From a virus (Duplodnaviria > Caudoviricetes), in the IMG/VR virus record IMGVR_UViG_3300037722_000889, positions 1 through 64,000 of that record: 64,000 nucleotides of DNA; one strand, 5' to 3'. The notes under the pieces were generated by a model. The model did no database searches and was not told the DNA's origin. It was given only the letters and a program-made list of their open reading frames with translations. The position numbers and the translations under genes are program-made. Shown in pieces: positions 54,168-64,000 of the stretch; positions within the stretch are counted from its first letter, which is position 1; the number at the start of each line of letters is the position of its first letter.

Positions 54168-54743
54168 GTGGATCGTTCCATATTTTACCAAACCAAAACC
54201 GAACGCCGGTTTCCCGTCTCGTACCTGATGCTCGAGTGCATCACCGCCTGCATGGACGACCTCGACGAGCTGACCGAGGCCGCCGTCATCGCCGCCGTGC
54301 ACACCGGAATGGCTGAGTGCGGCCGCACGAAGCTGTCGGACGACGACCTGAGCTATGTGCTGACCCGCGCCGCCAAGCACAAGGACGCGCCTGAGTCGCC
54401 GGGAGAGGAGGGCGAGGCCGCCAAGCGTGGGTTCGCCAGCGACTACCTGCAGTGGGTGGAAAAGATGACCCCGGCGCAGATGTGCATGTACCTGGCCGAG
54501 TACGACCTGCCGGCGGCGCGCGCCCTGTATTGCGACGAGGATTGTGACGATGTGCTGGCCCTGGCCGAGCAGAAGCTGGCCCGGGACTGGGAAAACGTAA
54601 AAGTCCTATACGAATCAGTGCTGTTTGGCTTCGGCGGCGGGTATTCCGAGGAGGAGGCGCCCGTGCCGGCTGGCGACGGTACGGCCACCATTGACACGGA
54701 CGATCCGGAGTTTAAGAAACTACGTGAAATGATGCGTCTTTGA
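54168..54743 (+). CDS. Tail assembly chaperone
   Basis: Acidic ORF between tail tube and TMP genes. Confidence 0.6.
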   Translation: MDRSIFYQTKTERRFPVSYLMLECITACMDDLDELTEAAVIAAVHTGMAECGRTKLSDDDLSYVLTRAAKHKDAPESPGEEGEAAKRGFASDYLQWVEKMTPAQMCMYLAEYDLPAARALYCDEDCDDVLALAEQKLARDWENVKVLYESVLFGFGGGYSEEEAPVPAGDGTATIDTDDPEFKKLREMMRL

Positions 54744-54810
54744 GCTTGTAATAAAAGGGAAAATTGCATAGGCTTGAGCGATCACCAACGCCCAATGAGG
54801 GGTAGGCAGG

Positions 54811-57800
54811 ATGGCCGACATAAAACTTAGCGTTATCGCGGACATCCTGCTCAAAAAGGGCAAGGTCGAGGACAAGGAGTTCGACAATGCCATCAAACAG
54901 CTGCTGTCCAGCAAGCAGCTGCCAGACGTCGTCATCGACCCCAATATCAAGATGTCGAAGCAGGGCCTTGCCCGTTTCAAGGCCAGCTTCGAGAAACATT
55001 CCCAGGCCCTGAGCCTTGTCATCGAGGGGCAAGGCGAGCACCTGAAGGGCTCGTACAGGAAGCTGTACGGGGAGCTGACGGCTACGCAAGCCGCAGCCAT
55101 GCGGAAGATGTACGCGGACCTTGAGGCCCTGGTCAACTCCAAGAGTATTGGCGGTAAGTTCACCCCGGATACCATCCGCAACGCCGAGCGCATGGCCAAG
55201 GGGCTGACCAGCGTATTCGAACTGACGCCCGAACAGCGCCGCGGCGCCAACGAATACCAGAAGTTCATCGAGCAGCAGACTGGCCTGATGAACAATTTTG
55301 CTGCGTCCCAGGCCAGGCTGACGAATTCTCTGGGGGGAGGTCAGCGCGCCGCGCCCATGCTGATGCCCGGCGTCAAGGCCCTGGCCGACGACTCCAAGAA
55401 GTTCAGCGACTCCCTGAAAACTGCGCTGGACGAGGGTAAGCAGCTTGAGCTGGCTGCCAAGCAACGGGCCAAGGACGCCAAGGCCGCCTTGGAGCTGGAG
55501 AAACGCACGGAGCGCGAGCGTGACGCCGCCCTGAAGGAGATTGCAGCCAAGCGCAAGGCCCGTGCCGAGCGCGCGGCGCAGGACGAGCGACAGGCCTCTG
55601 CAGCCCACCAGCAGCGCCTGGGCCGCCAGGCCCTGAACGCGGCTCCGAAGGGCGTGCTCAGCGACATGTCCCTGCTGCCCACGCAGGAGCTGGGACCCAG
55701 CGTGGCGTTCCTCAAGAGCCAGGCGGACAGGGTGGCCACGTCCCTGGACCGACTGAAAGCCAACCCTGCGTACAATGTCAAGAGCAAGGAGGTTCAGAAC
55801 CTGCTGCACCAGCAGGAGCGACTGAACGCGGCCATCGCCCAGGGCAAGCGACTGATGTCTCAAGCGGGCAAGCCCGCGAAGCCCGCGCCCGTCCAGCAGG
55901 TCTCCGGCGAGATGTTCGGCCCGCCTGACGAGCTGATCCGCCGCGAAGCCCAGAACCGCCTCGGCGGCGACATCCTCGAGCGTGCCGGCGGTCTGAAGGG
56001 AATCCGTAACGTAGCCCGTGACGACCTGCCGCTGGTCATCAAGCACCTGGAAACCGCCAAGCGGCAGTACGAAGGCCTGGCGGCCGCGACCAGCCCGTTC
56101 AGCTCGGAAGGCCGCAAGCAGCTGCGCCAGTACACCGGCCAGATCCAGCACGTCAGCGATGCACTGCACACCGCCAAGCAGCGGCAGAACGGGTTCGGTA
56201 CCGCGACCCAGCAGACCGGCGCACTGTTCCGGCAGTTCTTCCGCTACGCCCTGGGGTACGGCGCGCTGTACAAGATGCTGGCCGCGCTGCGCGCGCTGAC
56301 CACCGGCGTCGTCGATTACAACGCCGCCCTGAAGAGCATCCAGGCCATCACCGGCGCCACGGTCAACTCGATGCGCACCATCGAGGCCGGCATCTCCCGG
56401 GTTGCACTGGTTACCAAGTTCAACGTCAAGCAGGTCGCGGAGGCCGGCCGCGTGCTGGCCCAGGCCGGTACCAAGCCCGAGGACTTCACCGGCGCGCTGA
56501 ACAGTGTAGCCCTGTTCGCCAGCGCCACCGAGACCTCCATCGAGACGGCGGCTGACCTCGTCAGCACCATGCGCAACGTCTACAAGGAGCTGGACGACCT
56601 TACCATCTCCAACCAGCTGACCAAGGCGGTCAACATCTCCAAGCTGACCGGCGAGGACCTGAAGACCATCCTCAGCCGCGGCGCCCAGGTAGCCCAGAGC
56701 TACAACCTGACCTCCGAGCAATTCCTGGCGGCCGTGACTGTCCTGCGTAACGCCGGTATCAAGGCCTCCACCGTCGCCACCGGCCTGCGCCAGGGCCTGA
56801 TCGAATTGTTGAGCCCGGACGACAAGACCCTGAAGGTGCTGGTCGAGCGGTACGATCAGCTGGGCGAGAAGCTGAACAAAAAGGACGTCCAGGACAAGTT
56901 CTTCGGCTTCGGCCAGACTGACAACCCGCTGGTCGCCGTCCTGAAGGAATACCAGCGTCTGGGCTTCACCGGTAACGCCAAGAAGCAGTTCGAACGTGTG
57001 TTCGACGTCCGTGCCCAGAACGCCATTGTGGCGATGATCAACAACCTGGACGAGCTGCAGGCCGCCGAGGCCAAGCTGACGTTCGGCAACGCGGCCATGT
57101 CTGCCGCCCAGACCCAGCTGGAAGCCCTGCAGAGCAGCGTGCAGAACCTGGGTGCCGCCATGACGGTGCTGGCTTCCAACATGTCTGGCGACGTCGTAAA
57201 CAGTCTGGAGAACGTGGCAGACGCCGCCACGGACGTTATCCAGAAGCTGACCCAGCTGGACCTGCAGATGAAGTCCACCTCCGGCATCGGCGTGGGAACG
57301 CTGGTTGGCGCGGGCGTGACCGGCGGCGTGCTGGCCGGCATGGGCGGGGGCTCCATCAAGGGCAGACTTGGCCGGTTCGCGGCCGGCACCGCCGTCGGCA
57401 CCGCCGCCGCTTCCGCCGCCTCCGAGGGCGCCGAGGATAAAGGGGAAGCCCAGACCAAGGCGTTTACCGCCTCAGTGCTGTCTGCCGGGGTCCTGCTGGA
57501 TATATTCATCCGGCTGGGCAGCCTGCTCTACGGCGCGTCCAAGAAGACGTACGTGGCTACCTACTTTGGGGTCAAGCTACTTGATTTTTTCAAGTGGATA
57601 ACCACCCTCGGCAAGCTGTTCGGGGAGGCCAGCACAGTAGTGCGTATTGCATCTCTCGCCGCCGGAGGTCCGATCCGCGCCGTCATCGTGGGTGTGGCCG
57701 CTGTGGCCGGGCTGGCTACGCTGGTGGCCAAGTTCTTTAGGAAGGAAACCTTTGAGGACGCCAGCGCGAAGGTAAGGGCCGCGCAGAAGCAGTACGAGTC

Positions 57801-60800
57801 GGCCAAGGCCGATCTGGACGCCATCACTGCCGCCGCATCCCAGTACCGGCTAGGCGGGGTGCAGGCAGACGGCACCTTTACCGAGGTGCAGAGCGGCACC
57901 ACCGCCGCCCAGGTGCAGGCCCTGCAGGACGAGGTAAAGGACTACCGCGCTCGCATTGCCGACACGTTCGACGTAACGGCTGAAAATTTCTCGGATATAA
58001 ACGAGATAATGCTGAGGCTGGCGCACGAAGGGGCAGAGGCCGAGTCCCCACAGCGTAAAGCGCTGATAGGGCAGCTGAATCAGTATGCAAAGAACGCCAT
58101 AGAGGCCGGAGGCGAGGATGACCGGCTGCTGACGCGCACAGCGTCCATGGCGAACGGGATAACGCAAGTTACCAAGAGCCTGCAGGACGCACTGCGCACC
58201 GAGCTGACGCGCATCAGCGAGGTGCAGGGCGAGCTGTCGGCGCTGGACCAGGCGCTGTGGGACGCTGCCCAGGAGCTGGGGCGTGGAGACGCTGGCCGCG
58301 TGTCCGCCGAGCTTCGTGGCCTGATCCGTATCACTCCGGATCGCGCCGCCGAGCTGTTCGGCCAGCTGCTGCAGATGACCACGGACAACCTGGCCAACAC
58401 GGAACAGGCCAAGGAAGCAGTGCGCCGCGCCAACGGGGCCAACGAACAACACATTAAGAACCTGGTCGCGGCCGTCGCGCAGGCTGATTCGCCCGAGCAG
58501 GCTCAGGCAGAGGTCGACAAGCTGGTCACCACGCTTGGCAGCCTCGGCGTCGAGACCCGAACCCTTCTGGAGCGCCTGCGCGATGCCTTGGAGCAGGCCA
58601 GGGACGCGGCCGGCGAAAGCAAGGGCTGGTTCTCTGGGTGGGACTTCACGGGGATGCCCAAGTGGTTCCAGGGGCCTGACTTTAGCGGGTTCAGCGAGGA
58701 CCCGAAGGAGCGGCTCGCGCAGCTGAAAGAGGCGCAAGCAAAGGCCCGGGAGAAGGAGCTTGCTACCGCCCGGGCTGGAAGCCCCTACGACCCCAGAAAG
58801 GCAGAGGACTTCGAGACTGAGTTTGACGCTGAGATTGCCAGGGTAGCCCTGACCGTCAATTACAACGCCGGCATCGAGGGCGCCGATGCGCCCTTGAGAG
58901 TCAGCAGCGAAGCCATTGCGGAGGAAAACAAGCGCGAGGAACTCAAGGAGCAGCGCGAGCGCCCGGACATCCTGGAACTACTGGCCAGCGACAAGTGGGA
59001 GGGCAGGCTCAAGAGGCTGGACCAGTCTCAGCAGGCGCTGGTGGCCCAATACCGAGCCCCGGATTTCAAAGGCCTCCTGCCGGACACCAAGGACCCGCTC
59101 AAGCTGACCGAGAGTCCCGCCCTGAAGTACGTCCGGGAGCTGACCGGGTTTGGCAGGGACGAAGAGGAAAGGGACCCGGAAGCCTTTGCCATCAGCCCCG
59201 AGCTGGCGGTCAGTATCGCCAAGGCCAAGCGCGAGCTGAAGCTGGCACAGGACTATAACCTTCAATCCCTGACTCTGGACGACCCCGAGGCGAATCCTAG
59301 AAGGAAGCTGGCTCAGCTCGAGGAAACCGTGCGCAGCGAGGAAATCACGTACCTGGAGGGCCGGCGAGACCAGGGCACCCGTTCGCAGCGAGACACCACG
59401 CACGGCAAGCTGCTGAAGCTGGAGAACGAAAGGGCAGAGGCGGAGGAGGACCTGAAGTTCGACCTGGAGGACAGCCGCCGTCGCCTGGACCAGCGCCAGT
59501 TCGAGCGCAAGCCCATCGATGCCGAGCGTGCCGTAGAAGAAGCCCGCCTCGAGCAGGAGATCAAGACCCGCAAGAAGACCGATCCTGCGTCCCTGGGCGT
59601 CGACGACCCATCCAACCCGCTGAACCAGCTGTCTGATCTGAAGGCCCAGGGGCTGCGCGACGAGATCGATTTCTATTCTCGCCAGCTCCTGAGCGGTGCC
59701 AAGGAAGACGACGAGATCAAGGCCAGGGAGAGCCTGCAGAAGGCCATGATCGAGCTGGCCAAGCTGCACGACTCCACCGGTGAGGAGATCGCCCAGTACG
59801 GCCGTGACACCAAGAAGCGCAACCTGGAGCTGGAAGGCAAGCTCAACAAGCTGAGCCTCGAGGACACTGAGAACGCGATCAAGCGTGCCTACGAGTCCAG
59901 CTCCTTCACCGAGATCCCGGCCCTGCAGGAAAAGCGCCTGGAGCTGATGCGCCGGCAGTACGAGATCGAGATCGAGAAGCTGATCCTGTCCGGGCAGGAG
60001 AAGGAGCTGATCGAGCAGCAGCGGGCTGAGCAGGCTCGGCTGCTGCAGGCCGCCCGCGTGCAGACGTATTCGGCCGACACTGCTCTGCCCGGCATCAAGC
60101 AAAACATCTCGGCCCGCGAGCAGACGCTGTCCACCGGCAGCGTCGCTGAGGATGTCGCGCGCGCCGCCAAGGGCGTGCCGTTCTCCGTCGACCAGAAGAA
60201 GGGCAATCTCGACGCCAATATCGCCCTGTATGAACAGCAGCTAAGGGGCGCCAAGGAGCTACGCGACCACGACCTGGACGAGCTGTTCCAGTCTGGCGAC
60301 ATGGAAGCCTACGACCTCGAGGTGGCCAAGTACAAGAAGGGCATAGAAGACCTCGCGCTGACGCTGGAGCAGCTGCGCTACGAGCGCGACCAGCTAGACA
60401 ACGGCCTGGGAGAGGAGCTGGAGCAGGGCTTCAATCTGGAGCACATCGGGGACGGCATTGATGGCCTCGACTCCCGCATGGGCAACCTGGGCGAGACCAT
60501 CACCGGTGATGTCGTCGGCGGCGTCAAGAACATGGAGGATGCCTTCGCCGACGCCATCGTCTCCGGCGAGAACGCTTTCGATGCCATTCGCGCCGCCGCC
60601 GCGGACGCCATGCGCGACGTGGCCCGGTCCATCGCCCGCTCGGGCATGAACAAACTGTTCTCCACCGCGGTAACCGCGGTCGGTGCCTATTTCACAGGCG
60701 GCGCGAAAGACGGCGGCGTTATCAAGGCCGCAACCGGCGCGGGTCCCGGCCGCATGGGCGGGGTTATCCGTGGCGCCGGCACCGGCACCTCGGACTCCAT

Positions 60801-61215
60801 CAAGGGCTGGGTCGTGGACGCCTACGGCCGCGTGACCAAGGGCCTGCGGGTCAGTGACAGGGAAGGCATCGTTACTGCCGAGGCGGTCAGCAACCTGGGC
60901 GAGGACGGCCTGCATTACCTGAACCGCAACCCCGCGGAAGCCGCTGCCATGATCCGCGCGTCCATGAAGACCCCGATGCGCCGGGCGGCTGGCGGCACCA
61001 TGGAGAGCAGCCGCGGCATTACCCGGCAGTCGGCCGCCCGCAGCAGCGGCGGAGGCCAGTTCAACTACACCTCGGACATCAAGGTGGATGGCGGGAACAG
61101 TGACATGGACCCGTCGACCATGCAGCGCCTGGGCAAAAAGATTGACTCCACGGTACGCGACATCCTCATCACGGAACAGCGCCCAGGCGGCATGCTGTAT
61201 GGGAGCAGACGATGA
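54811..61215 (+). CDS. Tape measure protein
   Basis: 2134 aa, helical; TP901-type core (LRNAGIKASTVATGLRQ); C-terminal GAGTGTSDSI. Confidence 0.93.
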   Translation: MADIKLSVIADILLKKGKVEDKEFDNAIKQLLSSKQLPDVVIDPNIKMSKQGLARFKASFEKHSQALSLVIEGQGEHLKGSYRKLYGELTATQAAAMRKMYADLEALVNSKSIGGKFTPDTIRNAERMAKGLTSVFELTPEQRRGANEYQKFIEQQTGLMNNFAASQARLTNSLGGGQRAAPMLMPGVKALADDSKKFSDSLKTALDEGKQLELAAKQRAKDAKAALELEKRTERERDAALKEIAAKRKARAERAAQDERQASAAHQQRLGRQALNAAPKGVLSDMSLLPTQELGPSVAFLKSQADRVATSLDRLKANPAYNVKSKEVQNLLHQQERLNAAIAQGKRLMSQAGKPAKPAPVQQVSGEMFGPPDELIRREAQNRLGGDILERAGGLKGIRNVARDDLPLVIKHLETAKRQYEGLAAATSPFSSEGRKQLRQYTGQIQHVSDALHTAKQRQNGFGTATQQTGALFRQFFRYALGYGALYKMLAALRALTTGVVDYNAALKSIQAITGATVNSMRTIEAGISRVALVTKFNVKQVAEAGRVLAQAGTKPEDFTGALNSVALFASATETSIETAADLVSTMRNVYKELDDLTISNQLTKAVNISKLTGEDLKTILSRGAQVAQSYNLTSEQFLAAVTVLRNAGIKASTVATGLRQGLIELLSPDDKTLKVLVERYDQLGEKLNKKDVQDKFFGFGQTDNPLVAVLKEYQRLGFTGNAKKQFERVFDVRAQNAIVAMINNLDELQAAEAKLTFGNAAMSAAQTQLEALQSSVQNLGAAMTVLASNMSGDVVNSLENVADAATDVIQKLTQLDLQMKSTSGIGVGTLVGAGVTGGVLAGMGGGSIKGRLGRFAAGTAVGTAAASAASEGAEDKGEAQTKAFTASVLSAGVLLDIFIRLGSLLYGASKKTYVATYFGVKLLDFFKWITTLGKLFGEASTVVRIASLAAGGPIRAVIVGVAAVAGLATLVAKFFRKETFEDASAKVRAAQKQYESAKADLDAITAAASQYRLGGVQADGTFTEVQSGTTAAQVQALQDEVKDYRARIADTFDVTAENFSDINEIMLRLAHEGAEAESPQRKALIGQLNQYAKNAIEAGGEDDRLLTRTASMANGITQVTKSLQDALRTELTRISEVQGELSALDQALWDAAQELGRGDAGRVSAELRGLIRITPDRAAELFGQLLQMTTDNLANTEQAKEAVRRANGANEQHIKNLVAAVAQADSPEQAQAEVDKLVTTLGSLGVETRTLLERLRDALEQARDAAGESKGWFSGWDFTGMPKWFQGPDFSGFSEDPKERLAQLKEAQAKAREKELATARAGSPYDPRKAEDFETEFDAEIARVALTVNYNAGIEGADAPLRVSSEAIAEENKREELKEQRERPDILELLASDKWEGRLKRLDQSQQALVAQYRAPDFKGLLPDTKDPLKLTESPALKYVRELTGFGRDEEERDPEAFAISPELAVSIAKAKRELKLAQDYNLQSLTLDDPEANPRRKLAQLEETVRSEEITYLEGRRDQGTRSQRDTTHGKLLKLENERAEAEEDLKFDLEDSRRRLDQRQFERKPIDAERAVEEARLEQEIKTRKKTDPASLGVDDPSNPLNQLSDLKAQGLRDEIDFYSRQLLSGAKEDDEIKARESLQKAMIELAKLHDSTGEEIAQYGRDTKKRNLELEGKLNKLSLEDTENAIKRAYESSSFTEIPALQEKRLELMRRQYEIEIEKLILSGQEKELIEQQRAEQARLLQAARVQTYSADTALPGIKQNISAREQTLSTGSVAEDVARAAKGVPFSVDQKKGNLDANIALYEQQLRGAKELRDHDLDELFQSGDMEAYDLEVAKYKKGIEDLALTLEQLRYERDQLDNGLGEELEQGFNLEHIGDGIDGLDSRMGNLGETITGDVVGGVKNMEDAFADAIVSGENAFDAIRAAAADAMRDVARSIARSGMNKLFSTAVTAVGAYFTGGAKDGGVIKAATGAGPGRMGGVIRGAGTGTSDSIKGWVVDAYGRVTKGLRVSDREGIVTAEAVSNLGEDGLHYLNRNPAEAAAMIRASMKTPMRRAAGGTMESSRGITRQSAARSSGGGQFNYTSDIKVDGGNSDMDPSTMQRLGKKIDSTVRDILITEQRPGGMLYGSRR

Positions 61216-61628
61216 CCACGACAGCCGACAGCATCCTCACCGCGGACAGCCTGCTGACCGCCGACGGCGGCGGTGCCGCAGGTGGCCGCCCCTTCCTGCC
61301 CTACGAACCGGACAACGCCCTGGACCTCGAGATGACCCCCAGGGTGTACCTGGCCTCGTTCGGAGACGGGTACGAGCAGCGCGCGCGGCGCGGACTCAAC
61401 CACAAGCTGCAGAAGTGGAGCGTGACCTACGACCTGAAACAGCGAGTGCTGGCGGAGGCGGTGTACGACTTCTTCGATTCCCTGGACGGCGTCGAAACCT
61501 TCCAGTGGGTGCCGCCCGGCGAATCCCAGGCGAGACTGTTCGTGGCCCGGTCCTACAAGAAATCCCTGCCCTACGGTGACCGGTTCGCCCAGACCATCAC
61601 GACCACGTTCGAGGAGGTGCCCGCATGA
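61212..61628 (+). CDS. Lambda gpM-like distal tail protein
   Basis: ASFGDGYEQRARRGLN...FQWVPP. Confidence 0.85.
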   Translation: MTTTADSILTADSLLTADGGGAAGGRPFLPYEPDNALDLEMTPRVYLASFGDGYEQRARRGLNHKLQKWSVTYDLKQRVLAEAVYDFFDSLDGVETFQWVPPGESQARLFVARSYKKSLPYGDRFAQTITTTFEEVPA

Positions 61629-62305
61629 GCCTGCAGGCCGAACTCCAGGAGCTGGTCCCGTCTGCCCTGCTCGAGCTGTACGTGCTGGATCTGACCGAAA
61701 CCGGTCACCAGACCGTCCTGCGTTTCTATTCCGGGCTGGACCGCAACTACGGCGCGCTGCAGTTCCGGGGCTACGACTACAGCCCCTGGCCGATCAAGGC
61801 CACCGGCTTTGCCAAGTCGGCCAAAGGCCCGTTCCCGCGGCCGGAGCTGACGCTGAGCAACGTGACCGGCTACATCAGCTCCCTGCTGCCGATATACGAC
61901 GACTTCGTCGGCGCCAAGGTTACCCGCCAGCGCACCGTGGCCCGCTATCTGGACAACGGCGCGAACCCCGATCCCAACGCCGTGCTCGAGGACGTGTTCT
62001 TCGTGAACCAGCGCAAGGTCGAGACCCAGGAGGCGGTGACCTTCGAGCTGGTGTCCTCCCTGGACCTGGGCGACAAGGTACTGCCCGGCCGCATCATGGT
62101 GACCACCTGCCCGTCCGAATACCGGGGGCCGGAGTGCAGCTGGCCCGGCACCAATCCGCTGAAGTGGTACGACCGGGACGATGTCCAGGTGTTCACCCAG
62201 TCGGCCGACCGCTGCGGCCGCAAGATCTCCAGCTGCAAGAAACGGTTCGGGGCGAATGCGGAGCTGACATACGGCGGGTTCCCCGGCATGGGGAGGACGC
62301 GATGA
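61625..62305 (+). CDS. Lambda gpL-like tail tip protein
   Basis: LLELYVLDL, PRPELTLSNV, GAKVTRQRT, four-Cys C-terminus, YGGFPG. Confidence 0.93.
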   Translation: MSLQAELQELVPSALLELYVLDLTETGHQTVLRFYSGLDRNYGALQFRGYDYSPWPIKATGFAKSAKGPFPRPELTLSNVTGYISSLLPIYDDFVGAKVTRQRTVARYLDNGANPDPNAVLEDVFFVNQRKVETQEAVTFELVSSLDLGDKVLPGRIMVTTCPSEYRGPECSWPGTNPLKWYDRDDVQVFTQSADRCGRKISSCKKRFGANAELTYGGFPGMGRTR

Positions 62306-63015
62306 CCATCGACGACACCGTGATCCGGGCCATCGCCGCCCACGCCGAGGCCGAGCACCCCAAAGAGTGCTGCGGCCTGGTGCTGCGCAACGGACCCATT
62401 GCCAGGGTCCTGCGGGCGGAGAACCTTGCCCACGACCCCTACCGGTCGTTCAAGATCGATCCGGTCTGGTACCTGCGACACGAAGCCCACGTGGAGTTCG
62501 TTTACCACTCTCACCCCAATGGCCTGCCCAACCCGACGGACGCTGACAAGGCCGCTTGCGAGGCCCTGAACAAGCCGTACCTGATCATGGCATCTCCGTC
62601 AGGCGCCATGTGCTCGTACTTCCCACAGGGCTTCACAGCGCCGCTGGAAGGACGCCAGTTCGTGTATGGGATCTTCGACTGCCTGTCCGTAGTGACCGAC
62701 TTCTACAAGCAGGAATTCGGCCTGGCCATCGGCCAGTTCGAGCGCCCGCCGTTCGGCTGGTGGCGGGAGGGCAAGCAGGCCCCGTTCGAGGCCCACTACA
62801 AGGCCGCCGGGTTTGTGGAGGTCACGGAGCCGCAGCACGGGGACGTGCTCCTGATGCAGGTCGGCGACGCCAAGGTGACCAACCACTCCGGCGTCTACCT
62901 GAAGGGCGGCCTGCTGCTGCACCACTCTCTGAACCATGTCAGCCACAAGACCGTGTACGGCGGGTACTGGCGCAAACATACAACGAAGGTGCTACGGCAT
63001 GTTGACCACACTTAA
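62302..63015 (+). CDS. Lambda gpK-like tail assembly protein (JAB + NlpC/P60)
   Basis: PKECCGL, YHSHP, DKAAC, DCLSVV, NHSGVY, LLHH. Confidence 0.93.
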   Translation: MTIDDTVIRAIAAHAEAEHPKECCGLVLRNGPIARVLRAENLAHDPYRSFKIDPVWYLRHEAHVEFVYHSHPNGLPNPTDADKAACEALNKPYLIMASPSGAMCSYFPQGFTAPLEGRQFVYGIFDCLSVVTDFYKQEFGLAIGQFERPPFGWWREGKQAPFEAHYKAAGFVEVTEPQHGDVLLMQVGDAKVTNHSGVYLKGGLLLHHSLNHVSHKTVYGGYWRKHTTKVLRHVDHT

Positions 63016-63601
63016 ATTGCACGGCGACCTGGAGAGGTTCGGCGCCAGTCGCGAACTGGCCCTGGCCACGCCGTTCGAGGCGTTCCAGGCGGTCGAAGCC
63101 CTGCGCCCCGGGTTCCTGCAGCAGGCCAAGGTCGGCCAGTACTGCATGGTTATCGAGTATCCCGGCGAGGAGCCTGAGCTGGTGGACGAGGCGCGCGGCA
63201 ACATGCCAATCTCCGGCGGCACGTTGCATGTTGTGCCAACCGTGGAAGGCGAGTACGGCCAGGCGATCGCCTGGACCGCCAGCCAGCTCATGACCTACTT
63301 CGGAGGGACCACCGCGGCAGCGGCCGCAGTAGCTGTGGCCGTCGCGACGGTTGCGGTTTCAGTAGTCATCTCCATGGCGCTCTCTGGCGTCGCCAACATG
63401 CTGTGGCCACTCCCCAAGGCGGACCCCTCCCAGGAGCGGCCAGACAACAAGCCCAGCTACTACTTCAACGGCCCGGTCAACACGATCAAGCAAGGCAACC
63501 CCGTAGCCCTGTGCTACGGCGGCCCCCTTTTGGTCGGCAGCCAGGTGATCAGCGTGGCAATCAACACAGAAGAACTGGCCCTGGATTATGAACCGGAATA
63601 A
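62999..63601 (+). CDS. Lambda gpI-like tail assembly protein
   Basis: LKLHGDL, SYYFNGPVNTIKQGNPVALCYG, VGSQVIS. Confidence 0.9.
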   Translation: MLTTLKLHGDLERFGASRELALATPFEAFQAVEALRPGFLQQAKVGQYCMVIEYPGEEPELVDEARGNMPISGGTLHVVPTVEGEYGQAIAWTASQLMTYFGGTTAAAAAVAVAVATVAVSVVISMALSGVANMLWPLPKADPSQERPDNKPSYYFNGPVNTIKQGNPVALCYGGPLLVGSQVISVAINTEELALDYEPE

Positions 63602-63606
63602 TAACC

Positions 63607-64000
63607 ATGAATGATCTGAACAAGAACCTACCAGTAGTGGCAGGCAGCGGCGGCGGCAAGGGCGGCGGCGGCGCAGTGCGTGCCGCAGTGGAAGATCCAG
63701 ACAGCCTGCGCTCCACGTCGATCATCGACATTGTCGAGGTGATCAGCGAGGGCGAGATCGAGGGCTGGGCCGGCGAAAGCATGGAGAATTCCATCTACAT
63801 CGACGGCACGCCCCTGTGGCAGAACGGCAAATTCAACTTCACCGGCGTAACCGTGGAGGCCCGCAGCGGCACCCAGGACCAGACCTACGTGCCGGGGCAG
63901 GCCAACTTCGCCGGCCCGTCCAATGAGCAGCAGGTGGACGTGCGCCTGCGCTACGACACTCCGCTGATCCGCCGCATCAACGACACCGCGGTCGATGAGT
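63607..64000 (+). CDS. Lambda gpJ-like central tail fibre/tip (5' part)
   Basis: GSGGGKGGGG..VEDPDSLRS..EVISEGEIEG..IYIDGTP..RSGTQDQTY. Confidence 0.9.
   Translation, partial: MNDLNKNLPVVAGSGGGKGGGGAVRAAVEDPDSLRSTSIIDIVEVISEGEIEGWAGESMENSIYIDGTPLWQNGKFNFTGVTVEARSGTQDQTYVPGQANFAGPSNEQQVDVRLRYDTPLIRRINDTAVDE

Noticed and set aside
54168-54810. Programmed frameshift in the tail chaperone
   Set aside because: Only one ORF precedes the TMP gene, and no XXXYYYZ slippery site with a useful downstream frame was seen.
1-64000. Integrase, lysis cassette, reverse transcriptase or DGR
   Set aside because: No R-H-R-H-Y, serine-recombinase, endolysin/holin or YxDD RT motifs were recognised; these genes may lie outside the window.

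Overview
This 64-kb window is a large part of a GC-rich, tailed dsDNA phage genome with a siphovirus-type gene set. A proteobacterial host is inferred from the lambda-like tail tip, a CsrA homologue and sigma70-type promoters. The layout is divergent. The left arm (1-40.3 kb, minus strand) carries replication and nucleotide-metabolism genes (PolA, SNF2-type helicase, AEP primase-helicase, dNMP kinase, ThyA, ATP-dependent ligase), regulators (CsrA-like fusion, sigma70-family factor, XRE HTH), anti-defence-type genes (C5 methylase, ArdB/KlcA, RadC-JAB) and about 50 small hypotheticals. The right arm (41-64 kb, plus strand) carries TerS, a tailspike-like gene, TerL, portal, S49 protease, capsid, neck, tail tube, a 2134-aa tape measure and lambda M/L/K/I/J-like tail-tip genes. 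No integrase, lysis genes, tRNAs or CRISPR array were recognised. The notable non-coding architecture is: (i) 17 perfect copies of a CTGACATGTCAG-core palindrome and about 10 copies of a TCTAGA-based palindrome at gene junctions, often overlapping stop codons, including a reciprocal pair of hybrid sites that looks like a cassette-insertion footprint; (ii) a gapless 198-bp, 85%-identical inverted repeat with invariant GTGTAA/TTACAC boxes; (iii) candidate structured RNAs of about 280 nt (minus strand), about 700 nt and about 110 nt (plus strand). All protein calls come from motif recognition by eye; no database searches were run.
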